The position numbers were made by a program, and so were the translations under genes. A stretch of 61,865 nucleotides of DNA, counting the filler. It is 6 parts of 6 records of this genome, joined end to end, with 100 filler letters (N's around TTAATTAATTAA, not from the genome) between each part and the next. Parts side by side here need not be neighbours in the genome. Positions count along the whole stretch, not along the records: positions 7,747 to 20,800 come from SRR31156797_17392; positions 20,901 to 40,791 come from SRR31156797_17397; 4 more parts are not named here. One strand, 5' to 3'. Numbering within the stretch: position 1 is the stretch's first letter; each line of letters starts with the position of its first letter. This document shows, in pieces, positions 10,373 through 21,426 of the stretch. The notes beneath the pieces were generated by a model that searched no databases, was not told the origin of the DNA, and was given only the letters and a program-made list of their open reading frames with translations.

Positions 10373-11668
10373 CTATGATTTCGGCCAGTATTTCTCGATC
10401 AAGCTTGAACGGAAACCTGTCTCATCTTTGTCAAAACATTCGGACAGGATATTCCAGCCATTGTCCAAAGCATCTTCCAATGCAATGTTCACAGTCAGGT
10501 CCATCATGTTCTTTTCGAACATTCCGCCGTATTTCAACAGTTTTTCATCCCAGTCACTCATACGGAAACCCATGGAACGTTTTTCTTCTGTTTCAAGGTA
10601 CTGTGCGTAGAGCTGGATCATACCATCCATAATATCACGGTGATCATCACGAGTGTCTTTGTTCACCTGCTGTTTCAAACGTGAAAGTGAACCAAAGGGT
10701 TCGATTCGTCCGTTGCGCAGATAGAACTGACCTTCCGTAATGTAACCTGTATTATCGGGGACGGGATGAGTCACATCATCACCGGGCATGGTTGTAGCGG
10801 CAAGCACGGTAACGGAACCGGCGCCTTCAAAGTCAACAGCCTTTTCATAACGTGATGCCAACTGTGAATAAAGGTCACCTGGATAACCACGGTTCGATGG
10901 AACCTGTTCCATGGTGATGGCGATCTCTTTCATTGAATCTGCAAAGTTTGTCATATCTGTCAAGAGAACCAGAACATCTTTACCTTTCAAAGCAAATTGT
11001 TCGGCAACTGCAAGACAAAGATCGGGAACCATCATACCTTCTACAACGGGATCCGATGCGGTGTGCATAAAGAAAATTGAACGACTCAAAGCGCCGCCTT
11101 TTTCCAATTCATCACGGAAGTACATGTATTCGTCAAATTTCAAACCGATTCCACCAAGGATGATCATATCAACTTCGGCCTGCAGGGCGATACGTGCAAG
11201 CAGTTCATTGTAAGGTTCACCCGAAACTGAGAAGATCGGTAATTTCTGTGAAACCACCAGCGAGTTGAACAGATCGATCATTGGAATGTTCGTACGGATC
11301 ATGCGGGTGGGAATAATACGTTTTGCGGGATTAACGGAAGGACCACCGATCTCGATAAGGTTTTCGTTCAACGCGGGGCCGTTATCTTTGGGTGCACCCG
11401 AACCGTCGAAAATACGACCGAGCATATCATCGGAGAAAGACACTTTCATGGGTGATCCCAAAAAGCGAACTTCATCATCCGTAGAAATTCCGCGAGAACC
11501 GGCAAAAACCTGAAGTGATATCAGATCTTTGTCTATCTTAATAACCTTGGCAAGAGAAGTACCGCGGCGAGTTTTAACTTCCGCAAGCTCTTCGTTGCTA
11601 ACACCTTCGGCACGAACAGTGATAACGTTACCGACAATGCTTAAGATCTTATTATATACTTTTTTCAT
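10373..11668 (-). CDS. atpB: V/A-type ATPase subunit B (NtpB)
   Basis: [19 protein letters not shown] and [14 protein letters not shown] motifs. Confidence 0.96.
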   Translation of the reverse strand: MKKVYNKILSIVGNVITVRAEGVSNEELAEVKTRRGTSLAKVIKIDKDLISLQVFAGSRGISTDDEVRFLGSPMKVSFSDDMLGRIFDGSGAPKDNGPALNENLIEIGGPSVNPAKRIIPTRMIRTNIPMIDLFNSLVVSQKLPIFSVSGEPYNELLARIALQAEVDMIILGGIGLKFDEYMYFRDELEKGGALSRSIFFMHTASDPVVEGMMVPDLCLAVAEQFALKGKDVLVLLTDMTNFADSMKEIAITMEQVPSNRGYPGDLYSQLASRYEKAVDFEGAGSVTVLAATTMPGDDVTHPVPDNTGYITEGQFYLRNGRIEPFGSLSRLKQQVNKDTRDDHRDIMDGMIQLYAQYLETEEKRSMGFRMSDWDEKLLKYGGMFEKNMMDLTVNIALEDALDNGWNILSECFDKDETGFRSSLIEKYWPKS

Positions 11669-11689
11669 TTATTTACTGCTCCTTTAGCC

Positions 11690-13417
11690 TTAGACCTTAG
11701 TCTTGACAAGTGCATCAAGTTTCTTTTCTTGAGTTTTATATTCTTCGGAACCTTCTTTTGCATAGTTCCAATCGAGGGTCAGCTGACGTAATTCATTAAA
11801 GTACTGACGAGCTTCAGTCTTTGTGTCAAATTTAATATCAGCGAAAAGAATATTATAAACTTTATCAAAAATGTAAGCCTGACGTGTAGGTTCACATGAA
11901 CCATCGATCGGATCAAAACTGTTCTGCTGCATGTAAACGGCATCAAGATATTCACCTTTGAGGTAGGTAATGAAATCATCTACCGAGGTACCTTCTTCAC
12001 CCACAACCATCATCATCTGGTGAACTTCATTACCGCGTCTCAATACACCATGAGCTTCATTAACTTTTTCAATGGGAATGATACCTTTGTATTTTGTCCA
12101 TGAATCCATGGGATCGATGGCGGGATACTTACGGGCATCAGATCTTGCTCTGGATAGACCGTGAAATGAACCAACCACTTTCAAGGTAGCCTGAGTCACA
12201 GGTTCTTCAAAGTTACCACCTGCAGGTGAGACCGTACCACCAATGGTCATAGAACCATGTGAGCCATCTTGTAATTCAACATAACCGGCGCGTTCATAGA
12301 ACTCAGCGATCCGGGATTCAAGATAAGCGGGAAAAGCTTCTTCACCGGGGATCTCTTCCAAACGACCTGAAAGCTCGCGCATTGCCTGTGCCCAACGTGA
12401 TGTTGAGTCGGCCAATACCAGAACATCCAAGCCCATCTGACGATAATATTCTCCAAGTGTCGTAGCCGTATAAACCGAAGCTTCACGAGCAGCCACAGGC
12501 ATTGAAGAGGTGTTACAAATAATGATCGTTCTTTCCATCAATGAACGGCCTGTTTTTGGATCGATCAATTCAGGGAATTCACGAAGTGTTTCCACAACCT
12601 CACCCGCACGCTCACCACAAGCTGCAATGATCACGATATCAACGGATGCATTACGTGATGTTACCTGCTGAAGCACAGTTTTACCGGCACCGAAAGGACC
12701 GGGAATACAATAAGTACCACCTTTGGATACAGGGAAGAAAGTATCAACGATACGAACTTTTGTCACCATCGGTTCTTTGGGAACTTTCTTTTCGGCATAG
12801 GCGGTAATTGGGATCTTCACCGGCCATTCAAATGTCATTGTAACCTTGATCTCTTCACCTTTGGCATCGGTGATCACGGCTATGGTATCGGTCAATTTGT
12901 GATCGCCTTCTGCAACCACAGATTTAACGGTATATTCACCTTCCAGGTCAAAGGGTACCATGATCTTATGTTGAAAGATACCTTCGGGAACCCAACCAAG
13001 AGGCGAGCCCTTGTACACAAGGTCACCTTCTTTAGCAAGCGGTGTAAAATGCCATTTTTTCTCAAAATCGATGGGATCCAGAACCACACCGCGGGGCAGA
13101 AAGAAACCATGCTCTTCAGCCAATGCGGGCAGCGGGTTTTGCAAACCGTCATAAACTTGAGATAAGATACCGGGGCCCAATTTCACTGAGAGCAATTCAC
13201 CGGTAAATTCAACTTCGTCTCCAACTTTCAAACCTTTAGTGATCTCGTAAACCTGCAAAAAAGCAGAGTTGTTCGTGATCTTGATCACCTCGGATTTTAA
13301 TTTTTCGTTACCAATCAGTACATATCCAACTTCATTCTGGATAACGCTATCCTCAAATGCCACTTCGATCATATTTCCGTTGATCGAGATGATATGTCCT
13401 ATGTTTTTATTGGCCAT
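11690..13417 (-). CDS. atpA: V/A-type ATPase catalytic subunit A (NtpA)
   Basis: GPFGAGKT P-loop, CGERAGE, DSTSRWAQA and GEEAFPAYL motifs. Confidence 0.97.
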   Translation of the reverse strand: MANKNIGHIISINGNMIEVAFEDSVIQNEVGYVLIGNEKLKSEVIKITNNSAFLQVYEITKGLKVGDEVEFTGELLSVKLGPGILSQVYDGLQNPLPALAEEHGFFLPRGVVLDPIDFEKKWHFTPLAKEGDLVYKGSPLGWVPEGIFQHKIMVPFDLEGEYTVKSVVAEGDHKLTDTIAVITDAKGEEIKVTMTFEWPVKIPITAYAEKKVPKEPMVTKVRIVDTFFPVSKGGTYCIPGPFGAGKTVLQQVTSRNASVDIVIIAACGERAGEVVETLREFPELIDPKTGRSLMERTIIICNTSSMPVAAREASVYTATTLGEYYRQMGLDVLVLADSTSRWAQAMRELSGRLEEIPGEEAFPAYLESRIAEFYERAGYVELQDGSHGSMTIGGTVSPAGGNFEEPVTQATLKVVGSFHGLSRARSDARKYPAIDPMDSWTKYKGIIPIEKVNEAHGVLRRGNEVHQMMMVVGEEGTSVDDFITYLKGEYLDAVYMQQNSFDPIDGSCEPTRQAYIFDKVYNILFADIKFDTKTEARQYFNELRQLTLDWNYAKEGSEEYKTQEKKLDALVKTKV

Positions 13418-13441
13418 TTGAACTCCATTCTCTCGAAGTCA

Positions 13442-13963
13442 TCACTCGGATGCTTCTTCGTCTGTATTTTCTAAATTATGTTTGATCAATGCTTCAAAAG
13501 CTTCCTCACCCATTTCTTGCTTAAATGTTGCTACCCGTTGCAGTAATTGCAATTTCAAGTAGTAAAGCAGAAAGAAATCAAGGTCTGAATAGTGGCCGAA
13601 CTCACGTTCTTCCAACCAATCCCAGCGATACTTGATGAGCTTTAGCTCAATATCAAGGGGATTTCCATCCTTAACCAATTGTGCGGGAAGATGTGCAAAT
13701 TTGTACTCGTAACCTTCTTTGCTCGCGGTTCTATAGGCAGACAGCTCTGTCCTGAGATCCTTTTCAAATTTCAGGTACTCACTGTAAATACCCTTGGCAT
13801 CAACAGCTTTATATTTATCGGAAACAGTAGCGGTCAAAGCCATATAATCGGCTTCATTCATCCATTTTTCCGCATCTGAGAGGAAGTCCTCTACCGATAC
13901 AAATTGCTCTGAGCCCCATATTAAGGAAGGCATTGAAGTAGCAAGATATATGTATTTATCCAT
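13442..13963 (-). CDS. V-ATPase-associated subunit C-like protein (DUF2764-like)
   Basis: YLATSMPSL N-terminus and YYLKLQLLQR C-terminus; lies between subunits E and A. Confidence 0.75.
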   Translation of the reverse strand: MDKYIYLATSMPSLIWGSEQFVSVEDFLSDAEKWMNEADYMALTATVSDKYKAVDAKGIYSEYLKFEKDLRTELSAYRTASKEGYEYKFAHLPAQLVKDGNPLDIELKLIKYRWDWLEEREFGHYSDLDFFLLYYLKLQLLQRVATFKQEMGEEAFEALIKHNLENTDEEASE

Positions 13964-13976
13964 TAGATAAGACTCG

Positions 13977-14567
13977 TTACTTTAAGATCTCTGCCAATTT
14001 CGGATTCAAGAAAATCCGCAATGCTTCAAGAATACTTTCATCAGTGAAATCATAGAAAAGATCTTCACCCTTTTTACCGATACGGAAACCGTGGGAGATC
14101 TTCCTGTCCAATTTAACTTCGACCGTACCTTTTACATTCTTGTTCAGAGCGCTTTTCAGTTGTGCCGTCAGGGCATCAACATCAACACCATTCGTCAGGA
14201 CTTCTACATCTTCGTCTTTTGCCCATACTTCGGCTACTTTAACGATGAGTTCTTTTAGGAAATCCTTATCCATGGCCTTATCAATATCTGCAAGCAATGC
14301 TTGTTCTAGAATTGCTGTGATCTTTTCTTTCAATACAAGAACGGTATCGCGGGCAGCCTGCTGAATGGCTATCTCAGCATTTTTCTGATAACTTTTAGCT
14401 TCGGTTTCAGCGTTCTTTTGGAAAGATCCCGCTTTTTCCTTAGCTTTTTTTACAATGTCATCAGCTTTTTTATTAGCGGCAGCTACGATCTCGTCTGCCT
14501 GCTTATTCGCTGCATCAACCCCATCAGCTTTTATTTTTTCGATCAGGCTGTCAAGTTTGACGTTCAT
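13977..14567 (-). CDS. atpE: V/A-type ATPase subunit E (NtpE)
   Basis: LIEKIKADGV coiled-coil start; GFRIG...YDFTDE C-terminus. Confidence 0.88.
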   Translation of the reverse strand: MNVKLDSLIEKIKADGVDAANKQADEIVAAANKKADDIVKKAKEKAGSFQKNAETEAKSYQKNAEIAIQQAARDTVLVLKEKITAILEQALLADIDKAMDKDFLKELIVKVAEVWAKDEDVEVLTNGVDVDALTAQLKSALNKNVKGTVEVKLDRKISHGFRIGKKGEDLFYDFTDESILEALRIFLNPKLAEILK

Positions 14568-14575
14568 TCTAACTC

Positions 14576-14956
14576 CTATTCTGATTCTGATTCATTGACT
14601 TTTTCAATGATCTTTGTTGCTCTTTTTTCTGTGACCTGCATTTTACCCGAGATCTGAGCGCCTTCTTCAACGACCAGTTTCTTGGTTACAAGTTCACCGG
14701 AAAATTCTGATTTTACACCCAAAACGATCTTTTCTTCAGCATAAATACCTTTTTTTACTTTTCCATTCAAATGAACTTCACGAGCTTTGATCGTACCTTC
14801 TACTAAACCGCCTTCGGGAATACGAACCACGCCTTTTGCATCAATGTTATTCTTGATGGTACCGCCGATGATTATATCGCCGTTAACGTGAATCGGACCG
14901 TCAATGACTGTTGTTGTGCCAATGATGGTATACGTAGGTTTTTCTTTCGTTTGCAT
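14576..14956 (-). CDS. Bactofilin (polymer-forming cytoskeletal protein)
   Basis: TIIG...I.G...G.I beta-helix repeats and LVVEEGAQISG; start moved to ATG 14956 (MQTKEKP) after the M23 gene. Confidence 0.88.
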   Translation of the reverse strand: MQTKEKPTYTIIGTTTVIDGPIHVNGDIIIGGTIKNNIDAKGVVRIPEGGLVEGTIKAREVHLNGKVKKGIYAEEKIVLGVKSEFSGELVTKKLVVEEGAQISGKMQVTEKRATKIIEKVNESESE

Positions 14957-14966
14957 GTATTTGTCC

Positions 14967-15716
14967 TCAATTTTTGTCTTTGTATTCAGGGATGACCGTT
15001 TGGGGATCGATCGCCAAGCCATTGTGCCAGACTTCAAAGTGCAGATGAGGGCCCATACTATAACCCGTCTCTCCGAGCAAAGCGATGAGTTCGCCTTTTT
15101 TAACCCTCTGCCGTTCCTGAACATTCAATTGGTCGTTGTGACCATAAACGGTAATATAGCCACCGGAATGTGAAATGACAACCATATTTCCCAATTCAGG
15201 AGTCCACCCTGCGAAGACGACCAAACCATCCGCCGCAGCGGATATTGGATCACCGATCTTTCCACTGACATCAATACCATAATGCTTGCGTGGACCGCAT
15301 GTAAATTTGTTAGTGATCAAGCCTTTTGCAGGAGCGAGTTCCGGGATTCCACTTAGATATGGCTCTTCGTCCGATGTACCGCTTGCCTGCATCAAAACAT
15401 CATAATTTCCAGAATCAGATGTCAGATCCAATCCAACCAATTCTCTCATATAGGTATTGAATTGTTTCATTTCATTAACATCTTCGAGCAATTGTCTTAA
15501 TTGAACTTCTTGCTCTTTATATGTAGTTATTTTTTCTTTATAATCAGTATATTTTTTGGCTTGAGGAATAAGGATCGAATAGGACACGATCAGCAACAAG
15601 GCGCAAATGACAAGTAATATTTTTACCAGTGTAAAAACACGATGATGAAGTGTTAAGGTCTTTTGTTCGCCCTCTTTACGGGGAACAAAGATAAATGTAA
15701 CCTTATCTGTTTTCAT
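14967..15716 (-). CDS. M23 family metallopeptidase with N-terminal TM and coiled coil
   Basis: HYGID, YGHN and GPHLHFEV motifs; likely start ATG 15716. Confidence 0.9.
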   Translation of the reverse strand: MKTDKVTFIFVPRKEGEQKTLTLHHRVFTLVKILLVICALLLIVSYSILIPQAKKYTDYKEKITTYKEQEVQLRQLLEDVNEMKQFNTYMRELVGLDLTSDSGNYDVLMQASGTSDEEPYLSGIPELAPAKGLITNKFTCGPRKHYGIDVSGKIGDPISAAADGLVVFAGWTPELGNMVVISHSGGYITVYGHNDQLNVQERQRVKKGELIALLGETGYSMGPHLHFEVWHNGLAIDPQTVIPEYKDKN

Positions 15717-16587
15717 TTTCTCCCGATTCCACAATATCGAGGATCCTTTCAAGATCTTCAGTGGAATAATACGTGATTTCTATTATGCCGCCCGGTTTAC
15801 GGTGCTTGATCCGAACTCTGGTTCCCAAAGATTGCTGAAGTGTACTTTCCAGTTTCAATACAGCCGGATCTTTTTCAATCTTTTTGATCTTTGGACTGCC
15901 TCCGGACGTGTCGTCTTTACTTTTCCGGGTTAATCTCTCTGCTTCCCTTACACTCAACCCCTTTTTAACGACCTGTTGCCATACTCTGATCATTGAAGGA
16001 GAGCTGTCGGCTGCAAGGATGGCTCTTGCATGCCCGGATGATATTTCATTAGCTACCAGGCTTTCCCTGATCTCTTGAGGTAGCTTTAAAAGCCGTAAAC
16101 TGTTTGTAATAGTGCTGCGTTTTTTTCCTATGCGTTCTGCAACAGTTTCCTGTGACAGGCCATAACGTTCGATCAATGCACGGTACGCAAGTGCTTCTTC
16201 AATTGGATTCAGGTTTTCTCTCTGAACATTTTCTATAAGAGCCAATTCCATCAACTCTTCATCGCTTTCAACAGCTCTGAAGTATGCCGGGATGGAATCA
16301 TAGCCCAGTTGTTTGCAGGCACGCATACGGCGTTCGCCAGCAACCAGAATATAATCGCCGCCTTGTTCAGTTACGGTAATGGGGGTGATCAAACCTCTTT
16401 CACGAATAGATTGCGCCAGTTCATTCAGCTCTTCGGGCGCAAATTCCCGTCTTGGCTGATATGGATTGGGCTTGATCTTGTGAATATTGATCTCTTTGAC
16501 CGGCGCATCCTGAATTTCCCTGTCTTCCGTCTGGTAGGTGGGGATCAAGGCTTCCAGCCCACGTCCTAATGCTTTACTTTTGGCCAT
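15703..16587 (-). CDS. parB: Chromosome partitioning protein ParB/Spo0J
   Basis: ALGRGLEALI, PNPYQPR, AGERR and ENVQRENL motifs plus HTH. Confidence 0.96.
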   Translation of the reverse strand: MAKSKALGRGLEALIPTYQTEDREIQDAPVKEINIHKIKPNPYQPRREFAPEELNELAQSIRERGLITPITVTEQGGDYILVAGERRMRACKQLGYDSIPAYFRAVESDEELMELALIENVQRENLNPIEEALAYRALIERYGLSQETVAERIGKKRSTITNSLRLLKLPQEIRESLVANEISSGHARAILAADSSPSMIRVWQQVVKKGLSVREAERLTRKSKDDTSGGSPKIKKIEKDPAVLKLESTLQQSLGTRVRIKHRKPGGIIEITYYSTEDLERILDIVESGENENR

Positions 16588-17338
16588 TGAGGAACTCCTC
16601 TGCCAATTTCATATAATTCATTGCTCCTGATGAATGAATATCGAATGAAATGATCGGCTGTCCGTAACTTGGTGCCTCACCCAATCGTACATTTCGTGAT
16701 ATGATCGTTTGATAAACTTTATCACCAAAGTACTTTCTAACTTCTTCTTCCACCATCTTACTAAGATTCAAACGTGAATCATACATGGTAAGGATAATTC
16801 CTTCCAAGTCAAGATCAGGATTGAGGTTTTTCTGGATGAGACGGATAGTGTTCAGTAACTGAGTTAATCCTTCCAATGCAAAATACTCGCATTGGATAGG
16901 GATAAGCACTGAATCGCCGGCCGTAAAACTGTTAACGGTCAAAAGATTCAATGAAGGTGGGCAATCAATGAATATATAGTCGTATTCTTTTTTTGCTTTT
17001 TTCAATACCTTGCGCAAACGAGTTTCACGAGACATGATGTTAACCATTTCTATCTCTGCGGCTACAAGGTCCTGATTTGCCGGCAGTACATCAAGATATT
17101 CCATAAAGGTCTTTTGTACCGCCTCTTTATACGTGACTTTTTCAAGAAGGACATCATAGATAGTTTTATCAAAACTTGCTACATCCAAGCCCAGACCGGA
17201 GGATGCGTTCGCCTGAGGATCGATATCAACGATCAGGATACGCTTTTCCATTACGGCCAGTGACGAGGCCAAGTTGATGGCTGTTGTGGTTTTACCCACA
17301 CCGCCTTTCTGATTTGCTATGACTACAATTTTACCCAT
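16574..17338 (-). CDS. parA: Chromosome partitioning ATPase ParA/Soj
   Basis: NQKGGVGKTTT, DIDPQANAS, DCPPS and QCEYFALEG motifs. Confidence 0.96.
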   Translation of the reverse strand: MGKIVVIANQKGGVGKTTTAINLASSLAVMEKRILIVDIDPQANASSGLGLDVASFDKTIYDVLLEKVTYKEAVQKTFMEYLDVLPANQDLVAAEIEMVNIMSRETRLRKVLKKAKKEYDYIFIDCPPSLNLLTVNSFTAGDSVLIPIQCEYFALEGLTQLLNTIRLIQKNLNPDLDLEGIILTMYDSRLNLSKMVEEEVRKYFGDKVYQTIISRNVRLGEAPSYGQPIISFDIHSSGAMNYMKLAEEFLNGQK

Positions 17339-17403
17339 AAGTTCCTACTTTAGCATCCGTCGAATATAATGATTATCGTTTCACCTTACAATACAAATCG
17401 GTT

Positions 17404-17727
17404 TTATATGATATTTATCACAATAAAGTGGTATGCCGGTTCTTCATAGGGATGCGCTTTTAATAATGCTTTCTTGACCGCATCTATATTTTCTTCTTTA
17501 ACCATGCATTCTACTTTCATCTCTTCCACTTTTGTATCTTCCTCTAGTCTTCCAAGATAGGGAGAACTGCCCTCCAAAGGCCTGAACCTGCCGCTCCCTT
17601 TTGTTGTCCATGCACACCTGTCGTAATTCTTGTATTTTCCGGCTCCGGCATCAAAGATGGCTTCAAGAACGTCTTCCAGATTTTCTTCCGGAACATAAAA
17701 TTCAAGCAAGTATGCACTATCAGACAT
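17404..17727 (-). CDS. Stand-alone YqfO/NIF3 middle-domain (PII/CutA-like) protein
   Basis: AIFDAGAG..NYDRC, FRPLEGS.P and AHPYEEPAY motifs; likely start ATG 17727. Confidence 0.85.
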   Translation of the reverse strand: MSDSAYLLEFYVPEENLEDVLEAIFDAGAGKYKNYDRCAWTTKGSGRFRPLEGSSPYLGRLEEDTKVEEMKVECMVKEENIDAVKKALLKAHPYEEPAYHFIVINII

Positions 17728-19111
17728 GGATGGCTTCTCCCAAAGCATTTTCTGCAGTTTCCATGGTCAGTTCAGACAGTGTAGGATGTGCGTGAATAGT
17801 CTCGGCAAGATCAAATACCGTTAAACCTTTCGTCACGGCAAGAGTAAGCTCAGCGATCAATTCCGTGGCTTCCGAACCTATACAATGGGCCCCCAGGATC
17901 TTCCTGGTTCTCGCATCAACTACAAACTTCATGTAACCGTCGATATGTCCACTGGCAACAGCCTTGCCTATGGCACGATAATAGACCTTGGATATTTCAT
18001 ATGCCAAACCCTGTTCTTCGGCATCATTTTCCCGTAGGCCTACAGAAGCGATCTGTGGTTCACAATAAGTACATCCCGGTATTGCCCTTTTATTTATAGC
18101 ATCAACTTCTTTGCCGGTAATATGATCAATGGCTATCAGAGCTTCTTTACTTGCCTTATGTGCCAAACAGGGGTTACCGGCAATGTCTCCAATGGCATAG
18201 ATACCCGGAACATTTGTTTGCTGATTCTCATCGATCTTAACAAAACCCAGTTCCAGTTCGAGTCCGACTTTTTCGGCACCTATATTATCTGAATTCGGTT
18301 CCACACCTACGGCTGAAAGCAGCATGTCAACGAGTAGCTCACTCTCCCCTTTCGGTCCTTCAAGTGAAAGTTTAATACCCTCGGAAGTTTTCTCTACTCC
18401 CATGACCTTTGTGGATATCAATGATTTGATCTTTTGCTTTTTATAATTTTTCAATATTTCTTTTGAGATCTCTTCGTCTTCGTTCGGTACCAAGGAATCC
18501 AGAGCTTCTATTAAAGTAACTTCAACACCCAAATGTTTGTAAATATAGGCAAACTCCATGCCGATAGCACCTGCACCCATGATCGCCATGGTCTTGGGTA
18601 ATTCTTTTAGCTCCAATGCCTCACGGCTTGAAATAATATCTTTTCCATCAATGGGGATATGCGGCAATGCTTTGGTCCGTGCACCGGTTGCCAGAATAAT
18701 ATTCTTCGCTAAAATACTTTCAATTGATCCGTCATTCATTTCTACATCTATCATGGAATCTCCGGCAAGACGGCCAGAACCATTATATACGGTTACATTG
18801 TTCTTTTTAAGTAGATACGCTACACCTTTGCTTAGTCTGTCCGATACTCCGCGTGAACGTTCGATGATCTTATCCATGTTCACAGTATAATTATCAATAT
18901 CTATGCCCAACTCACTTGCAGAACGTATATCTCGCAATGCATTAATGGATCTGATGATCGCTTTTGTGGGAATACATCCCCAATTAAGGCAAATACCACC
19001 TATATGTTCTTTTTCAACAATGGCAGTTTTCAATCCCCTTTGGGCTCCCCGTATAGCGGCTACATAGCCTCCGGGGCCCGATCCAATAACAAGCAGATCA
19101 AATTTTTCCAT
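17720..19111 (-). CDS. lpdA: Dihydrolipoamide dehydrogenase
   Basis: GSGPGGY, GGICLNWGCIPTK redox disulfide and HAHPTLSE motifs. Confidence 0.96.
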   Translation of the reverse strand: MEKFDLLVIGSGPGGYVAAIRGAQRGLKTAIVEKEHIGGICLNWGCIPTKAIIRSINALRDIRSASELGIDIDNYTVNMDKIIERSRGVSDRLSKGVAYLLKKNNVTVYNGSGRLAGDSMIDVEMNDGSIESILAKNIILATGARTKALPHIPIDGKDIISSREALELKELPKTMAIMGAGAIGMEFAYIYKHLGVEVTLIEALDSLVPNEDEEISKEILKNYKKQKIKSLISTKVMGVEKTSEGIKLSLEGPKGESELLVDMLLSAVGVEPNSDNIGAEKVGLELELGFVKIDENQQTNVPGIYAIGDIAGNPCLAHKASKEALIAIDHITGKEVDAINKRAIPGCTYCEPQIASVGLRENDAEEQGLAYEISKVYYRAIGKAVASGHIDGYMKFVVDARTRKILGAHCIGSEATELIAELTLAVTKGLTVFDLAETIHAHPTLSELTMETAENALGEAIHV

Positions 19112-19119
19112 TTCTTTCC

Positions 19120-20649
19120 TTATTTAAGTACGGTCATCTTTTTGCTCACCGAAAGAGCATTTGTATGTAGTGTGTATATATATGTTCCCGATGTCAGGTC
19201 AGAAGCATCAACAGCAATATTATGCAGACCGGATCCCATATACCCCCTGAATATTTGTTTGACTGGTTTTCCGTTCAGGTCATAAATGTTCAATAATATA
19301 TTTTGGGCTTCATCAAGCTTAAATTGAATATTCGTTGAAGGATTAAAAGGGTTAGGATAATTCTGGAATAGCTCAAACAAATAGGGTATATAATTATTTT
19401 CATCAATAGCGGTAGAATAAGTAACATATTGCACACAATTCAGTTCCATATCGGTCAAATAAAACTCTTCCCCGTCACCAAAGATCTGAGGGACAGCCCC
19501 CGATGGGCTCATGCCCATAGCATTGTTCTCAAGATATTGCTCAGGAACTTGATCGTTTACGTCTTTGGGATATACTTCTCCCCCGATATCCTCATACCAA
19601 GGCGCTCCTATGGTTGCAAGGATCTCGTTATTATCGACATCTATGATAACCTATCTTCCGGCATTGTAATGTTCCGGTGGATTACCGGTATTAACCGTCG
19701 TATAAGCTCTATGATCATTACCATAGACCATAATGCCTTCTTCCTTATCAATCCACTCCATGAAATTTGCCCAGGCATAATAGGTGATCACATTCGTGTC
19801 CGTTTCTTCAGTAAAGTTTCCTATCGTATCAACAGGAGTAAATGAAACAGACGAGGGATCTGAGGATTCATATACGAATATACCCTGTCCGTCAAGATGT
19901 GTTGCCGCAAACAATTGCGCCGTACCGTTTGATTTTGTTCTTACCTGAATAGCATTCTGGATCGTAGGTGTCAAATTCATACCCGCAGATAGAAAATTAA
20001 GATCATCGTCAAGAACATGCAATTGCTCAAATTGGGGATATGGTGCTAAATAGATATAAGAGCAATCCTGAATAGCCGTTACATGCGTTCTTAAAGGTTT
20101 ATCTATCATAAGAGGATCGAATTTTGCAATTCCCGAACCATCCGTATGATCAAGTTTATAAAGTGTGGGACCTGCGGTATACAAGATATTACCTTCATCA
20201 TCCAGTGATATACCGCGGCAGGGACCATTAAAGGGGTTAGATTCATATAAGGTATCTAAACTGCCGTCTGTGAATTCTATCAATTCTATCGGGGAGAAGG
20301 ATGCTTCACTTTTATCCGGCATAAAACATCTTATTCCGGTCAATTTGATGGTATCTCCGGGACTTTTTACGATCTCATTGCTAAAGCCGGTGAAAAAGCC
20401 CAACCACATCTTCCCTTCGGGGTCAATGACCATGCCATAAGGTTTGGATTGATTCCCTGCGTCGTTTCCGGAATAATCTTGAGAATTTACAAGAACAGAA
20501 TCTTCTGCACCAAAATTAAAGATCAGATCTTGAAAAGGATAAAATGTGATTCCATAAAGCGAGGAAAACATTAGGGTAAACATTAAAATGAAGACATAGC
20601 TTCTGAAAGAGTATCTATTTTTGTTATTACAGAACATATTATGAACCAA
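19120..20649 (-). pseudogene. Secreted protein with T9SS type A C-terminal sorting domain, interrupted by one in-frame TAG at 19651-19653
   Basis: ORFs 19651-20649 and 19120-19518 share a frame and the sequence between reads NAGR*VIIDVDNNEILATIGAPWYED; C-terminus LFQNYPNPFNPST...SGTYIY...KKMTVLK. Confidence 0.75.
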
Positions 20650-20800
20650 TAGTGTTACATCTAAAAAGATACTAAGATTTTAGTGAACGCACAAATGTTT
20701 TAGAAGCCAGAGACCAGAAGTTAGAATAATGTTGATGCGCTGATATCAGCGGTTGGGGTCTAGAGTATGTTAAACGATAAACGAAGATTCAAATTCCTAA

Positions 20801-20900
20801 NNNNNNNNNNNNNNNNNNNNNNNNNNNNNNNNNNNNNNNNNNNNTTAATTAATTAANNNNNNNNNNNNNNNNNNNNNNNNNNNNNNNNNNNNNNNNNNNN
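20801..20900. other. Artificial contig spacer
   Basis: N44-TTAATTAATTAA-N44. Confidence 0.98.
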
Positions 20901-20934
20901 GGACCGGCCTGCAATTAGCATGGCAACCCCATCT

Positions 20935-21378
20935 TTATATTAGAAGCAAATCCCCATCGACCACGACCTGTCCGGCTGCCTCCATGATTTTTTCAACACG
21001 GGATCTGGTATTAGTTTGACATGCCTTCCATACAAATTTAATTTTAGGCTGTTTAATACTTTCATATTCAAATCCATTTATAACAACTTCATCAATGGTT
21101 TGTTCATCATGGGTATAAACTTCAATCCATCTGATATTGTATATGTCTAAACCAAAACAGTTGCAGACTAAAGGTGTTAAATACTGCACACAGTTTGTAA
21201 TAGATGTCCCGGACCCCACCCCTTGATCTATCGCAATAATCCATTTAACTGCTTTTTCATCTTCGGCAATAATCAAATGGCAAAAACTGTCCCAATGATC
21301 AAAGAGGGTTTGTTCAGCAACCAAAGCCCTTCCCTTCCAAGCAAAAATTGAATTATGTAAAATGCTAAATGTGTTCAT
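20935..21378 (-). CDS. Hypothetical plasmid protein
   Basis: 147-aa ORF downstream of the par pair; no family recognised. Confidence 0.6.
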   Translation of the reverse strand: MNTFSILHNSIFAWKGRALVAEQTLFDHWDSFCHLIIAEDEKAVKWIIAIDQGVGSGTSITNCVQYLTPLVCNCFGLDIYNIRWIEVYTHDEQTIDEVVINGFEYESIKQPKIKFVWKACQTNTRSRVEKIMEAAGQVVVDGDLLLI

Positions 21379-21426
21379 TAATATTTTCCGTATTTATAAA
21401 TACTTTATTAATATAATTAAATATTA

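Noticed and set aside
7747-20800. Genome-wide TAG recoding in contig 2
   Set aside because: atpB ends at a TAG in the expected place and only one gene has an internal TAG
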